NCBI RefSeq assembly: GCF_006345805.1
Contig: NC_043002.1
Coordinates: 84,692,001 to 84,756,000 of the forward strand
From: Octopus sinensis
Taxonomy: Eukaryota
DNA length: 64,000 nucleotides
Direction of reading: 5' to 3'
How positions within the stretch are numbered: the first letter of the stretch is position 1; each line of letters opens with the position of its first letter. The notes beneath the pieces were generated by a model that saw only the letters and a list, made by a program, of their open reading frames with translations, searched no databases and was not told the DNA's origin. Below are positions 52,111-64,000 of the stretch, one piece after another. The translations under genes and the position numbers were made by a program.

Positions 52111-52149
52111 TGGGAGTCCTGAGCATTTGTTTATGATTTTGTGCTTGTG

Positions 52150-53050
52150 GTGTTTGTAATGTTGGCAGCAGTGGGACTTTATTTTTTCTTGTTTCAGAGC
52201 AGAAAGCCTTTAAGATCCGCATATGAGACATCTTGGCTTTCTACCCTCCACGAACACTGACAGGTGAGTACGGTCCTGCTTACATTGCAAGTTCAGATCC
52301 ATACCTATACCTAACCAGTTTTGTTTAGGTAGTTTCTTGACCTCCAATATTTTGACTTCGTCTTCTACTAAATCTGCCAAGACGGCCACCACTAACCAGG
52401 TAATGGATATTTCTGGCGGCACATTTAGCACCCTAATCTTGGCAAGGCATTGGCCGCGATAGCTGGGGATTAAGAAAAAGTTGTCATTCCTCAAAGTGGT
52501 CGCGGAATTATATCTAGTTTCTTCTTCCGTTCCTCAATAGTTCCAAACTTCTTTCTTCGGGTGATGTGGGTCTTTTGTTCCCACACGCGCCCAAGGCATT
52601 TTTGTATTTCGCTCTCAGGAGCATTTTCCACCCGCCGAGACTTGACTGCGATGCAACGATATGTTACCATGCATCTTGCGATATTTTCTATCACGTCGGA
52701 TGGTGAGTTTAGAGCCATTCTTCTCTCATCTCTTTTTACAATTTTTTCTTACCAATTTTAATTCTTCATCTATGTGGAAACTTTCCATATTTCCCGCTGC
52801 AAATGCAAAAGAAGCGGAGGCGATATTTGCATTTTTAAGCTTAATTTCTTTCGTATTTTTGTTGCTGTTGTTATTGTCGTTGTTGCTGTTGATGTTGTTA
52901 CCGAAAGTTTTGAGGTTGCTTACAGACGAAACATTATTCGCCTCGGTGACGTCATTGAGCTTAGGCCATTTGCTATTCTTATTCTCACTTTTTACCCCGT
53001 TCTCAATTTTTCTGACAAGGAGCGCCTTCCTTTGTCGAACATATCATGGC
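52150..53050 (-). pseudogene. Diverged homologue of the ORF1 at 15342-16685
   Basis: LIPSYRGQCLAKIRVLNVPPE..KILEVKK..NWLG..DRTHLSVFVEGRKPRCLIC aligns with LLPSYCGKRAVRIRISKISPE..DILKVEK..NWWG..DETRLRIVVEGRPP-CYKC. Confidence 0.8.
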
Positions 53051-53344
53051 TTCTTTATTAATCATTTTTGAATAATTAAAGAAAATTGCAAAATATTTGT
53101 TTTTTGCCAAAAGTAGTTCAAATTCAAAAACTATTGATGCGTACCCCCTACAAAACAGGGGATTTTTCTACACAAAAATACTCTCTACGCAGTCCACACA
53201 ATCTCAGAAATGCAATGGTAACAATAAACATGAAAATACGGGCTCTTAGAAGGCCGAAAAGTTTACAAACACTTTTTCAACTTACGGAGCACAAAGTTTC
53301 TGTGACTTTACAGTATGCCGGCAACAGTGATAATAGTAATACTT

Positions 53345-54415
53345 TCTACTATAGGCACAAGGCCTGAAATTTGCGGGTAGGAGACTAGTCGATTTCATTG
53401 ACCCCAGTGTTTAACAAGTACTTAATTTATCGACCCCGAAAGGATGAAAGGCAAAGTCGACTTCGGCGGAATTTGAGCTCAGGACGTAACGACGGGCGAA
53501 ATACTGCTAAGCATATTGCCTGGCATGCTAACAATTCTGTCAGATTGCCGCCATACATAATAATAATCCTTTCTACTGAAGGCATAGAACCTGAAATTTG
53601 GAGGAGAGCGGACTAGTCGATTGATTTGACCCCAGTGCCTAACTCGTACTTAATTTATCGGCCCCGAAAGGATGAAAAGTAAAGTCAACCTCGGCGGAAT
53701 TTGAACTCAGAACGTAGCAACGGTCGAAATACCTATTTCTTTACTACCCACAAGGGGCTAAGCACAGAGAGGACAAACACGGAGAAACAATCGGATTAAG
53801 TCGATTATATCGATCCCAGTGCGTAACTGGTACTTATTTAATCGACCCCGAAAGGATGAAAGGCAAAGTTGACCTCGGCGGAATTTGAACATAGAACGTA
53901 GCGGCAGGCAAAATACCTATTTCTTTACTGCCCACAAGAGGCTACACACAGAGGAGACAAACGAGTAGAGATAAACGGATTAAGCTGATTATATCGACCC
54001 CAGTGCGTAACTGGTACTTATTTAATCGACCCCGAAAGGATGAAAAGCGAAGTCGACCCCGGCGGAATTTGAACTCAGAACGTAGCGGCAGACGAAATAC
54101 TGCCAAACATTTCGCCCGGCGTGCAGGCGTTTCTGCCAGCTAGCTGCTTAATATCATCATCATAATAATAATAATAATAATAATAATATAATAATAATAA
54201 TAATAATAATAATCCCTTCTACTGGGAGCACCAGGCCTCAAATTTTGGGGAAGGGGTTAAGTCGATTACATCGATCCCAGGGCATAACTGATACTTACTT
54301 AATCGACCCCGAAAAGATGAAAGGCAAAATCGACCTCGGAGGAATTTGAACTCAGAACGTAGAGGCAGACGAAATACCGCTAGGCATTTCGCCCAGCGTG
54401 CTAACGATTCAGTCA
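53345..54415 (-). mobile_element. Cluster of at least five head-to-tail SINE family C copies
   Basis: Core ATCGACCCCGAAAGGATGAAAGGCAAAGTCGAC (with variants) recurs at ~53430, 53660, 53840, 54025 and 54300. Confidence 0.92.
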
Positions 54416-54423
54416 TTTTTTTC

Positions 54424-54469
<46 letters not shown>

Positions 54470-55057
54470 TCTAATAAAAGTACAAGGCCTGAAATTTGTT
54501 AAATGTATAACAAAAAACAGCCAAAGCTAACAAAAGCAAACTCAGCTTATAAATTTAACAAACACATAAAAATGTCAGTAAGAGACAAGCAAATTAATAT
54601 TGTTTTCTTGTTGGTTGCATGATGTCTGCTTTTTACAATTGGTTACCTGATATAGTATGTCGTTTGATCAGTAGATCTATCTACATTTCAAAAACAATGA
54701 GTTTCTTTCTTTCTTTCTTTCAGTTTTATCGTCTGCCCTGTCTTTTCTTTTTGCTCCGTTGGTAACAATGTCTGTCTCTCTCCCCGCTCTTCCCTATCCC
54801 CCTCTCTTTTCTCTCTCTCACCCTTACACTCTGTCTCTCTGATCTTGTCTGTCTCTGTGTCACTCACTCACGCACACACACACACACTCTCTCTCTCACT
54901 CTCCCCCTCTCTCTCTCACTTCCCTTGTCAGTAAGTTTCATTGCTAGCTCCACTCTTTAATTGCGTTTCGTCTTTCATATTATTCTTTCTCATTCTTCTC
55001 ATTCTTTCTCATATACACACACATGCATACATACGCATACACACACACACACACTCC

Positions 55058-55107
<50 letters not shown>

Positions 55108-55108
55108 T

Positions 55109-55146
<38 letters not shown>

Positions 55147-55148
<2 letters not shown>

Positions 55149-56765
55149 GTTGCGACCAAAATGTTCAGAACGGCATTGTTTTTGTCAGAAAAGTAGATAT
55201 AAGTTTTTATCAAAGTTGTTTTAGTTTCTATAATTTTCACAGACAATAAATACATTATTAATTGTTATTGTCTGAGATTTTGGTGTAATTTGAGAGGATA
55301 ATACAAAAGTTATGGATGATTTAGTGATTTACTGCAAAACCCATGGCGGCCAAAATGATCAGAACGGTTGCTTTTACTCCGTGTTTTAGTATATTTAACC
55401 GGTGAACTCTAATGTTTTGAATTTGTTTAACTGACGGTTCGTTTACTAAACATTAGTAAGAATATCTGCAGTGTACTTTGTTAATATAATGCCACTTACT
55501 CCGTTACCAATTCGTCAGCAGATTATTAAGCTTCGAAAGAAGGATAATTTAAGTATTGGGTCTATTGCAAAGATTGTTAACAAGTGAAAATGTGTTGTTC
55601 ACGGTATTCTTAAGGTCTACGATGATTGTGGTTCGTGTGAAGCAAGAAAGTTTACAGGTAGGCCAAGAAAAACGACCAAGAGAGAAGATCGTGCTAAGGT
55701 AAAGTTGGTTAAAAAGGACAGATTTAAAACTGCTGCTGCTTTACCTATTGTACTGAAGAAAACTTTATCTCGAAAAACTGTGTCTCGTCGTTTAATTGAA
55801 CATGACCTACAAGCACGAGCACCTGCAGTGAAGCCACTGATCAGCTCCAAGAATAAAAAGTGTCGTCTTACCTTTGCAACCGAACATGTATTGTGGTCTC
55901 AAGAAAAATGGCAAACGGTGCATTTCCGTGATGAATCTAAGTTTATGTTATTTGGCCCAGATGGGAAAGGTACGTTCGTCGAAAAGTAGGTGAAAAATTG
56001 TCGCCTAAATGCCTTAAGACTAGTGTTAAATTCGGTGGTGGAAGTATCATGGTTTGGGGGGTGATATCTGGAGATGGTGTGGACCCTTTGGTGCGATTAC
56101 ATGGAAAGGTAAATGCAGGAGTTTATAAACAACTTGTAAAAGATCATGTCTTGCCTGTGCTGAGAAATTCAACTAAGCGACTACCCATATTCATGCATGA
56201 CAATGCCCCATGTCACAAGGCTAAGGTGGTCATGAACTTCCTCAAGGCTGAAAAGGGTTATTGTTATGGATTGGCCTGCTCAAAGCCCAGATCTCAATCC
56301 TATTGAAAATGTGTGGAATATTCTAGGAGAATGTTCGAAAGCCAGAAATCCTAAAACAACCGAGTAATTATGGAATGCCCTTCGGGAAGAATGGAATAAG
56401 ATCACCAAGCAAGAAATTGAAAATTTAATTTCCTCATGCAGTCGAAGATGTCAAAGTGTGATTGAAGCTAAAGGGCTTCACACTAAATATCAAATAATTC
56501 CAGTATTCTCTGTCATTTTTGAATATTTTGTTATTTTTTTTTAACCGTTCTGATCATTTTGGCCGGCATGGGTTTTGCAGTAAATCACTAAATCATCCAT
56601 AACTTTTGTATTATCCTCTCAAATTACACCAAAATCTTAGACAATAATAATTCATATTGTATGTATTGTCTGTGAAAATTATAGAATATAAAACTACTTT
56701 GATAAAAACTTATACTTACTTTTCTGACGAAAACAATGCCGTTCTGAACATTTTGGCCGCAACTG
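55147..56765 (+). mobile_element. Tc1 (DD34E) transposon, 1619 bp, ~223-bp IR/DR TIRs, inside (TA)n; transposase pseudogene ~55489-56493
   Basis: TIRs 55147-55369 and 56543-56765 with outer and inner CCAAAATG.TCAGAACGG repeats. FRDESKF, HDNAPCH and PDLNPIE give 34 residues between D and E after one frameshift correction. Confidence 0.95.
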
Positions 56766-56797
<32 letters not shown>

Positions 56798-57514
56798 CAC
56801 ACACACACATTCGATTTAATTGACTGTGGACATGTATATATACATTTATACATTAAATACATACACATAAACACACATATATATACATACATATATATGC
56901 ACACATATATATATATGTACATACATACATACAGACAGACATATGCATATATATACGTATATGTATGTATATGTGCGTTATATATCTACCTATTTTCATA
57001 TAATTAGATCTATATATCTGTCTATCTATCCGTCTATATATCCCTCTAAATACGCACACACAGACACACACACACATGTACAAACACACACACACACACA
57101 CACACGACATACCGAGTACTTGGGGCTATAATCTCTTCAGCTGCATTGCACAATAACATTGAAATCCATATACATATATTTCCGTATATCAAAATTTTAT
57201 TCGTGTTGTGTTGTGATATTAGTCATATATACACCCACATACATGCATATACACGCATAGACACAACATGCGCATGTGTGCACACACACATATGAGAACA
57301 CATGCAAACATATATATCACAAAATGAGGCGTATAAACCTCAAAACTAGCGAACAACTTCTACGCCGTAAAAAAGTTCACTTTATCACTGGGTTGTAAAG
57401 AAGTAGTCACTGTAACACCACACTAGTAGAAAACCAGCAATTTTCTCCTACTAAAACTAGTTTCGGTCAATCTTTTCAACTAATTCATTGTTAACAACGT
57501 TTCTGTGTTGCTTT

Positions 57515-57790
57515 AAACATGGCTGTGTGGCTAAGAGCTTAGCTTCCCAATTACGTAGATTTAGGTTCAGTCCCACTTCATGGTACCTCCTAGCGGAGGC
57601 TCGAGTCGAATGAAAACCTGTGAGTAAATTTGGTTGACACAAGCTGCAAGGCAGCCCGCCGTATATGCATGATACGGAATGAGACGACTGGGAGAGTTTG
57701 TCGGACGCTGGCAATTTGGTACGGCTGACTGGACATCCCTCCTGTTTTGGCGACAATACTTTTTGCCAGTGGAAGCAAACACGCACACAC
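57515..57790 (+). mobile_element. SINE family A-like, degenerate
   Basis: ATGGCTGTGTGGCTAAG..AGGTTCAGTCCCAC head. Confidence 0.7.
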
Positions 57791-58200
57791 ACAAACACAC
57801 ACAGACATACGCAATTATGTAGATGCTATATTAGCTTTTTTATTTTATTTAGAAGGTAGTTTAAGAATAACAATTAGGAAGGTAAATCTGTATTACATAT
57901 ATTTTCAACCAAATCTGTACAAGTTTTTCTTAACTCAAAGGTATATCGCATATACATCATATACATAAAGCTTAGCTTTTCTTCAGCCTAACGACCTTGA
58001 GTTTGTAGTGGCAGTAATCTCACTCAATACGGTATTGATTATCATCTGCTTTAGGTCATCTATACGAGCTGTCTACATAACCGATGTCTACTAACTGTAC
58101 ACAGTCAAAATCTTCCGGATTGCACTACTCTATCATTATACATACATACATACATACATACATACATACATACATACATACATACATACATACATACATA

Positions 58201-58261
<61 letters not shown>

Positions 58262-58417
58262 AGCCTATATAGTACATGGCTATATAAACAGGGCTAATTA
58301 ATATGTTCCTTAGTAAATTGAAAAAAATGAACAATCTTAATCGATTTTCGGATCATATTGGGTTCTATCAGAGGTATCTACATCAATTTGACCAATCCCA
58401 GAGAAATAAGCAAGAAA

Positions 58418-58458
<41 letters not shown>

Positions 58459-58481
58459 ATATATATATATATATATATATA

Positions 58482-59475
58482 TAGAGTGTCCCAAAAAATG
58501 TATACAGACTTTAACAGCTGATAATTCAACTGACTTTTTTTTCCAGATGAAACCCATTGGAATTAATGATGGCAATCAAACTAAGCTTTGAACAAAGGAA
58601 ATTCATTCTAAAATGCTTCTGGAAGTGTGAAAACGCAGCTGAAGTGCAAAGACAGCTTAGGACGGAATTTCATACAGCTCCACCAACGCGAATTCCCATC
58701 ACTTGAATTAGAGATAAGTTTGAAGCCAATGGAACTGTTCAAAATGTCCACGAGAAGCGTTCCAAAAGACCATGGACATCAACAGCTCTCACAAAGCAAG
58801 GAGTGCTGGAAAGTCCACGAAAATCTGTGCGACAAGTGAGTCATGAGGTAGGTATTTCAAAATCGTCTGTCCAAGCGTTGTCAAAGGAAAAGTTATGTCC
58901 CAAGATTAATCAATGCCATTAATGATGATGATCCAGACCGAAGAGTGCAGTACTGCGAGTGGTACTTGGCACGAAATATAGAAGATGCACACTTTCCAGT
59001 AAATATTGTGTGGCTTATCATCAAGAGGATTAATTGGACCGTTCCTTTTTGATGCTACTGTAACTGGTCCCACTTATTTGAACTTGCTGCAACAGTCTGT
59101 CATGCCAAGCATTAGAGAAGACTTTGAAGATGAGTTTTATTTTCAGTAAGATGGGGCACCCCCACACTACCATCGTAATGTTTGATCCTTCCTTGATAAG
59201 ACCTTGTCAAACAGGTGGAGTAAACGATGGGGTTTCGTTGAATACCCTCCACGTTCACTTCCTCTCACACCACTAAACTGTTTTTTTTATGGGGATACCT
59301 AAAAGACAAAGTATACGCCTTGAAACCTGCAACAATCGCTGATTTGAGAGCAGCCATTGAACGAGAATACACACAAATACCAAACAAATTCTTTCGTGAT
59401 GTTTGCGATTCCATTGCTTCGCGTTGTTAGCAGTGCATATACAAGAACAGACGTCAATTTGAGAACAGACATTGA
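58482..59475 (+). mobile_element. DD41D-type (rosa/Visitor-like) Tc1/mariner remnant
   Basis: [56 protein letters not shown]; 41 residues from the second D to the third acidic position (now N). Confidence 0.75.
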
Positions 59476-59539
59476 CAAAACAATAAAATAATGTCTGTAG
59501 ATTCTATTAAGTTTTGAAAATGAAATGTATTTTAATATT

Positions 59540-60385
59540 CACTGGAATGTTTCTCGTGCCATTCAGTACTAATTTCAGCTATGTGAATTGGTCCATTATC
59601 ATCCCGAAAGATTGCGTTTTCCTCCGGAAACAGTTCCACACCCATAGGATGAATTTGATCAGATAAAATGCTTAAATAGTCTTGAATATTAATTCTGCCA
59701 TGAAAGGAAACCGTTGGGCCGGCAGACTTCCAAGATATAGCCCCCTGATCATCACAGATCCTCCTCCATGTTTAACAGTTGGAAGAAGGCAGTCTGGGTC
59801 AAATGCTTCTTTAGGCTGTGTCCAGTCGTATACTCGGCCGGTTGTCGGAAATAAGGTAAAAGATGACTTGTCCGGGAAAATAATATTTTCCCGCTGTTCT
59901 AGGGACCAATTCTGTATGTTTTAACTCCACTCTAAATGCTTTGCAACGTTTGTTTTTGAAAGTAGCGGTTTTCTGATTCCAGCCCTCCCGTGAAATCAAG
60001 TTCTGTGCAGCTCCCGGCGAACAGTCTTTGTGGAAACTGGGTTATCAAGTGGTTATTAAGTTCTGCAGCTTAATTTGGGAGCTTTACTTTTGTGATCCTT
60101 TCTAACAATTCGTGTAAGAGTCCGACAGCCCCTATTTGAAAGTTTTGGTTTTCTTCTGGAGTTTTGTTCGACGAGGTTTTTCCCTCTTTCTCAAAGCCAG
60201 TCATTACTTTCGAGACAGTACTTCTTGATACACCAAACATTTCGACCGTTTTAGTTACGCCAGTGCCTGCCATACGAGCACCAACAATTTGTCCTCTTTG
60301 AAAGTCCCATAGATCTGTCATTTTAATGAATTTTAATTACTTTTTTCTGATGATATCTAAAAAGAAAGAGCAATTGTAGCAAAAC
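59540..60385 (-). mobile_element. Tc1-family remnant, 3'-truncated
   Basis: MTDLWDFQRGQIVGARMAG..FGVSRSTVSKV and LPTVKHGGGSVM. Confidence 0.88.
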
Positions 60386-60443
60386 ATGACCGCGAGTCCG
60401 CTGCCCTAACCACAGGGCCATTGCGCCTCCATTATTATTATTA

Positions 60444-60507
<64 letters not shown>

Positions 60508-61726
60508 TAAAATTTGGAGTTGTGTTATTGTTTAGAATTTAAGTACGTAGAGCTTGTAAGCAAGTGTGTGTGTGTGATTAGGTGTGGCCATTTTGTAAGG
60601 TAGGCACATGATATTTTTATTGGCTTTAATTCTTTGCTTTGACTAGGAAAATGTCAAAAGTACAAAGTCTAGTATTTAAAACCTTAATAACTGGGTTGGG
60701 TATGACATTTTTGTAATGGAATTTTTTAAAGGTATTTCTTGTTTTTATTTGGAATGTAGTGGCTATTACTTTTATTTTTATTTGGAACGTAGTGGATTGT
60801 CAGGCATATCATGGTGTTTTTGCTATACAAAATAGTTTATATGCGTGTGAATATATTGCACAATTATACTTGAGACTTTGCTTATTTCATTTATTCGATA
60901 ATTTTCGCTGCTCCTTTGTTATTTTGTTAACACAATTTTCAACTTAACAGTAGTGTATTTCCTGTTGAGTAAAGTCATTGGAATAACATATTCCGAGTTG
61001 TTTAATAAAAACTAAACTGTGTGTGAGTTATATAGTACAAATGAATAATAAAAGTGTTTCTTTATTGCGCACAAGGGGCAGAAATGAATAATAATAGAGG
61101 CTCTTATGTTTTGCTAAAGTTAAGTACGTCGTGAAATATTCAAAGTGTGCAGTGAATTTTCGTGACTCCCGTTTAAGTGCAGGGTAATTCCAAGTTTATC
61201 TAACTAACTAATTCTGAAGTGTGTTGCCGATTTAATATTGTGTGTATATACAAAATGCGTAAATATAATTAGAAATCTTGAAATCTAGTTTCAAATACAC
61301 TGTCGTCCATTTGGTGTATGAATAATGAGTGCAAGGGAAGGGTGGGGGACACCACAGAAATGATAAATGATTTACATACAAAAGAAAACATTTTAAACTT
61401 GCTAAAATAAAATTCGAAGTGGTTTATATGATCGGTGCCATAGTGAGGATCTGATTAAAAACTTTGCATTTAAAAGAAGTAGGAGAAAACTTTCCAAATA
61501 TAAGTAAAGTGGAAGTATATAAAAATAAACATTATTTTCCATCTTACTGTTAGTTTTGTTTCATTTTGGAAAATGAAAATATATTTTATGGTTTATTATT
61601 GATTGATTATATTTTGAATTACATATACGTGGGGGCACCAACATTTTTGGGAGGAAAGTGAAAGAACAGATGAAAGAGAAACCACAGAGACTGTGTATTT
61701 TTGTGTCAATAAATAACCATGGGTTA

Positions 61727-61925
61727 ATATTTCGTAAAGGACCTGTTCGTACCTCAGTGTGAAGTAATTTTTTTCTACGGGTTTTTTTTCGAGTGCATTC
61801 AAAGTATTTGTCCTCCAAACCCACTGCAAGCTAACTTTTCCGGAAAACAAAGGTGGGGAGGGGTCAAAAAATTATTATTATTATTATTTCACACCGAGGT
61901 ACGAACGGGTCCTTTACGAAATATT
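61727..61925. mobile_element. ~200-bp MITE with ~42-bp TIRs
   Basis: ATATTTCGTAAAGGACCTGTTCGTACCTCAGTGTGAAGTAAT / ATTATTTCACACCGAGGTACGAACGGGTCCTTTACGAAATAT. Confidence 0.8.
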
Positions 61926-62043
61926 TACCTAACTATGTCTAGAAGAAAGGCGTCAAAGTACACTAATAACAAAGAGTACTATGTTAAGGCTATGAGTTTA
62001 TGACCCGAGTGAAACCGGGTTCTTCTGCTTGTGTGTGTGTGTG

Positions 62044-62096
<53 letters not shown>

Positions 62097-62321
62097 GGTG
62101 TGTGTGTGTGTGTGTGTGTGTGTAATTAAGATTCAGTTGAATTCGGTACTTAAACTGACGCACCTTGCTAGTTCGGTATAGTCCCCATACCTCAGCAAAG
62201 TGAAGATATCCTCCCATGTCTTTTTATATAAAGGTACTTTCTATAGTATTTCCGAAGTGCAGAGTCCATCTTTGTTACTTATTTATATACGTACACACAC
62301 GCACACACACACATATATATA

Positions 62322-62357
<36 letters not shown>

Positions 62358-62404
62358 TGTATGTATGTATGTATGTATGTATGTATGTATGTATGTATGT
62401 ATGC

Positions 62405-62466
<62 letters not shown>

Positions 62467-62709
62467 GACAAATTAGAGCGAAGAGATAACAAAGTATCGG
62501 TAAAGAAATTTGAGAAGTTTGAAAAAAAAATGCGAAACCGGTTATTTCTCCAAAAACAATGTTACTTTACACAAAATTTTATAACATTTTTCTAGCATAA
62601 CGATTCAAATATATTCTTTAACCATATAACAGAAGTCTTCTGTAATTTTTCACTCTATTTTGTTTTTTATACATCCAACCACGTGCTTTCACATACGAAC
62701 TCTCTCAGA

Positions 62710-62759
<50 letters not shown>

Positions 62760-62785
62760 TGTGTGTATAAATATATATATGTACG

Positions 62786-62848
<63 letters not shown>

Positions 62849-63114
62849 TGTCTTGTACTCTATTTTTTCGTTGTTTAAGAAAAATGTCCATTTCCTTGGT
62901 TTTGTGTTTATGTTTTAGTTTCTCATTGTGTTCAACGTTTTTGGTGTCCTGTACCCATATATGCATGTATATATACATATAGATGTAGGTACGTACATAT
63001 ATGTATGTATATATGCATATGTTTTATTTATTAATTGGTTCTTATATGACGGAACGCACGCATCCATTTCTAAGTAAGTTTTATCTTAATATATATATAT
63101 ATACATAGAATGAA

Positions 63115-63850
63115 AATAAGACAAATTCTTTAACACATTTTGAATAATAAGGTTACACATGTTTTCGTTCAATCTCCATTTGCGTCTCCAGTTTACTCGA
63201 AAATTTTGAAAGAAAAATTACGTAATATATTAGGCATTGGACAGCCACTTCATCAGACTGGTATCAAAGTCAAGCTATTACATTGTGCGTCTATCAAACC
63301 TTGTTGTTACGAAAGTATCGGGAGGAAATAAAAAGGAAAAAAAATAAGTGTGTATGCGGGATGGGTCACTGGGAAAGAAATTATGTGGTGTGTGTGGGGG
63401 GGGGAGTCAAGAGGGTGAATAGGAGGGAGAAAAGGAAGGCGGGGGAACGAATAGAAGGCAAAAGAATAGAATCAGAAGACGGAGAAGGAAAGTAAGAAGT
63501 AGTTTCTTTCCTTCACCGTCTTCCGATTCTTTTCTTTCGCCTTCTTCTATTCGCCTTCTTCCTTTTCTCCCTCCTATTTTTATACGTATTTACTCTCTTG
63601 ATTCCCCCCGCCACATATCCCGCATACACACTTTTAATTTTTTCCTTTTTATTTCTTCCCGATACTTTTGTAACAACAAGGTTTGGTAGACGCACCAGTC
63701 TGATGGTATGCCTCTCCAATGCCTAAAATCGCATATATTACGTAATTTTCTTTTAGAATTTTCGAGTAAACTAGCGTTGCAAATGGAGATGGTACGGAAA
63801 CATGTGTAACTTATTATTAAAGATGTGTTAAAGAATATTTTTTGTCTTCT
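63115..63850. repeat. Old diverged palindrome (~370-bp arms, ~13-nt spacer) of a pLTR-like sequence
   Basis: Centre at ~63493-63505. Both arms carry CTGATG(A/G)...GAAA(A)CATGTGTA hammerhead-like remnants. Confidence 0.8.
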
Positions 63851-64000
63851 TTTCATTGCATTATTTACTCTTCGCCAAACCATTTGACGGTATAATCGTC
63901 GTGAAATTTGGATTTTCTGCACCAAAAATATTCCGACTTAGGCTTGGATCTCAACAGTGTTGCTAGCACAGTATTCTGGTTGAGTGCTTCTCTGGAAATA

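Overview
AT-rich, microsatellite-saturated eukaryotic DNA made almost entirely of transposon debris. The SINE families and repeat landscape look like an Octopus genome (my recognition, not database-checked). I cannot support any host protein-coding gene, rRNA, true tRNA or CRISPR array; nearly all ORFs in the track are microsatellite read-throughs, antisense frames or transposon fragments. Identifiable content: mariner, Tc1 (two ~1.6-kb copies), a DD41D-type element, a Helitron fragment, R4/Dong-like RLE LINEs, Tx1-like and RTE LINE remnants, three tRNA-derived SINE families, MITEs and Penelope-like element (PLE) fragments. Most interesting layers: (1) about a dozen hammerhead ribozyme motifs, including a non-coding ~479-nt hammerhead-to-hammerhead tandem unit (retrozyme-like, 43854-45055), U3-A8 core variants and A6U mini-hammerheads; (2) a complete ORF1-only retroelement with a 17-bp TSD inserted in a 131-bp MITE inside a composite 358-bp tandem unit, all duplicated as a 3.4-kb tandem; (3) repeated fold-back palindromes, head-to-head at PLE fragments and tail-to-tail at RLE-LINE-type 3' ends. 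Coordinates were counted by hand: TSDs, TIRs and ribozyme cores should be good to a few bases, degenerate element edges to tens of bases.
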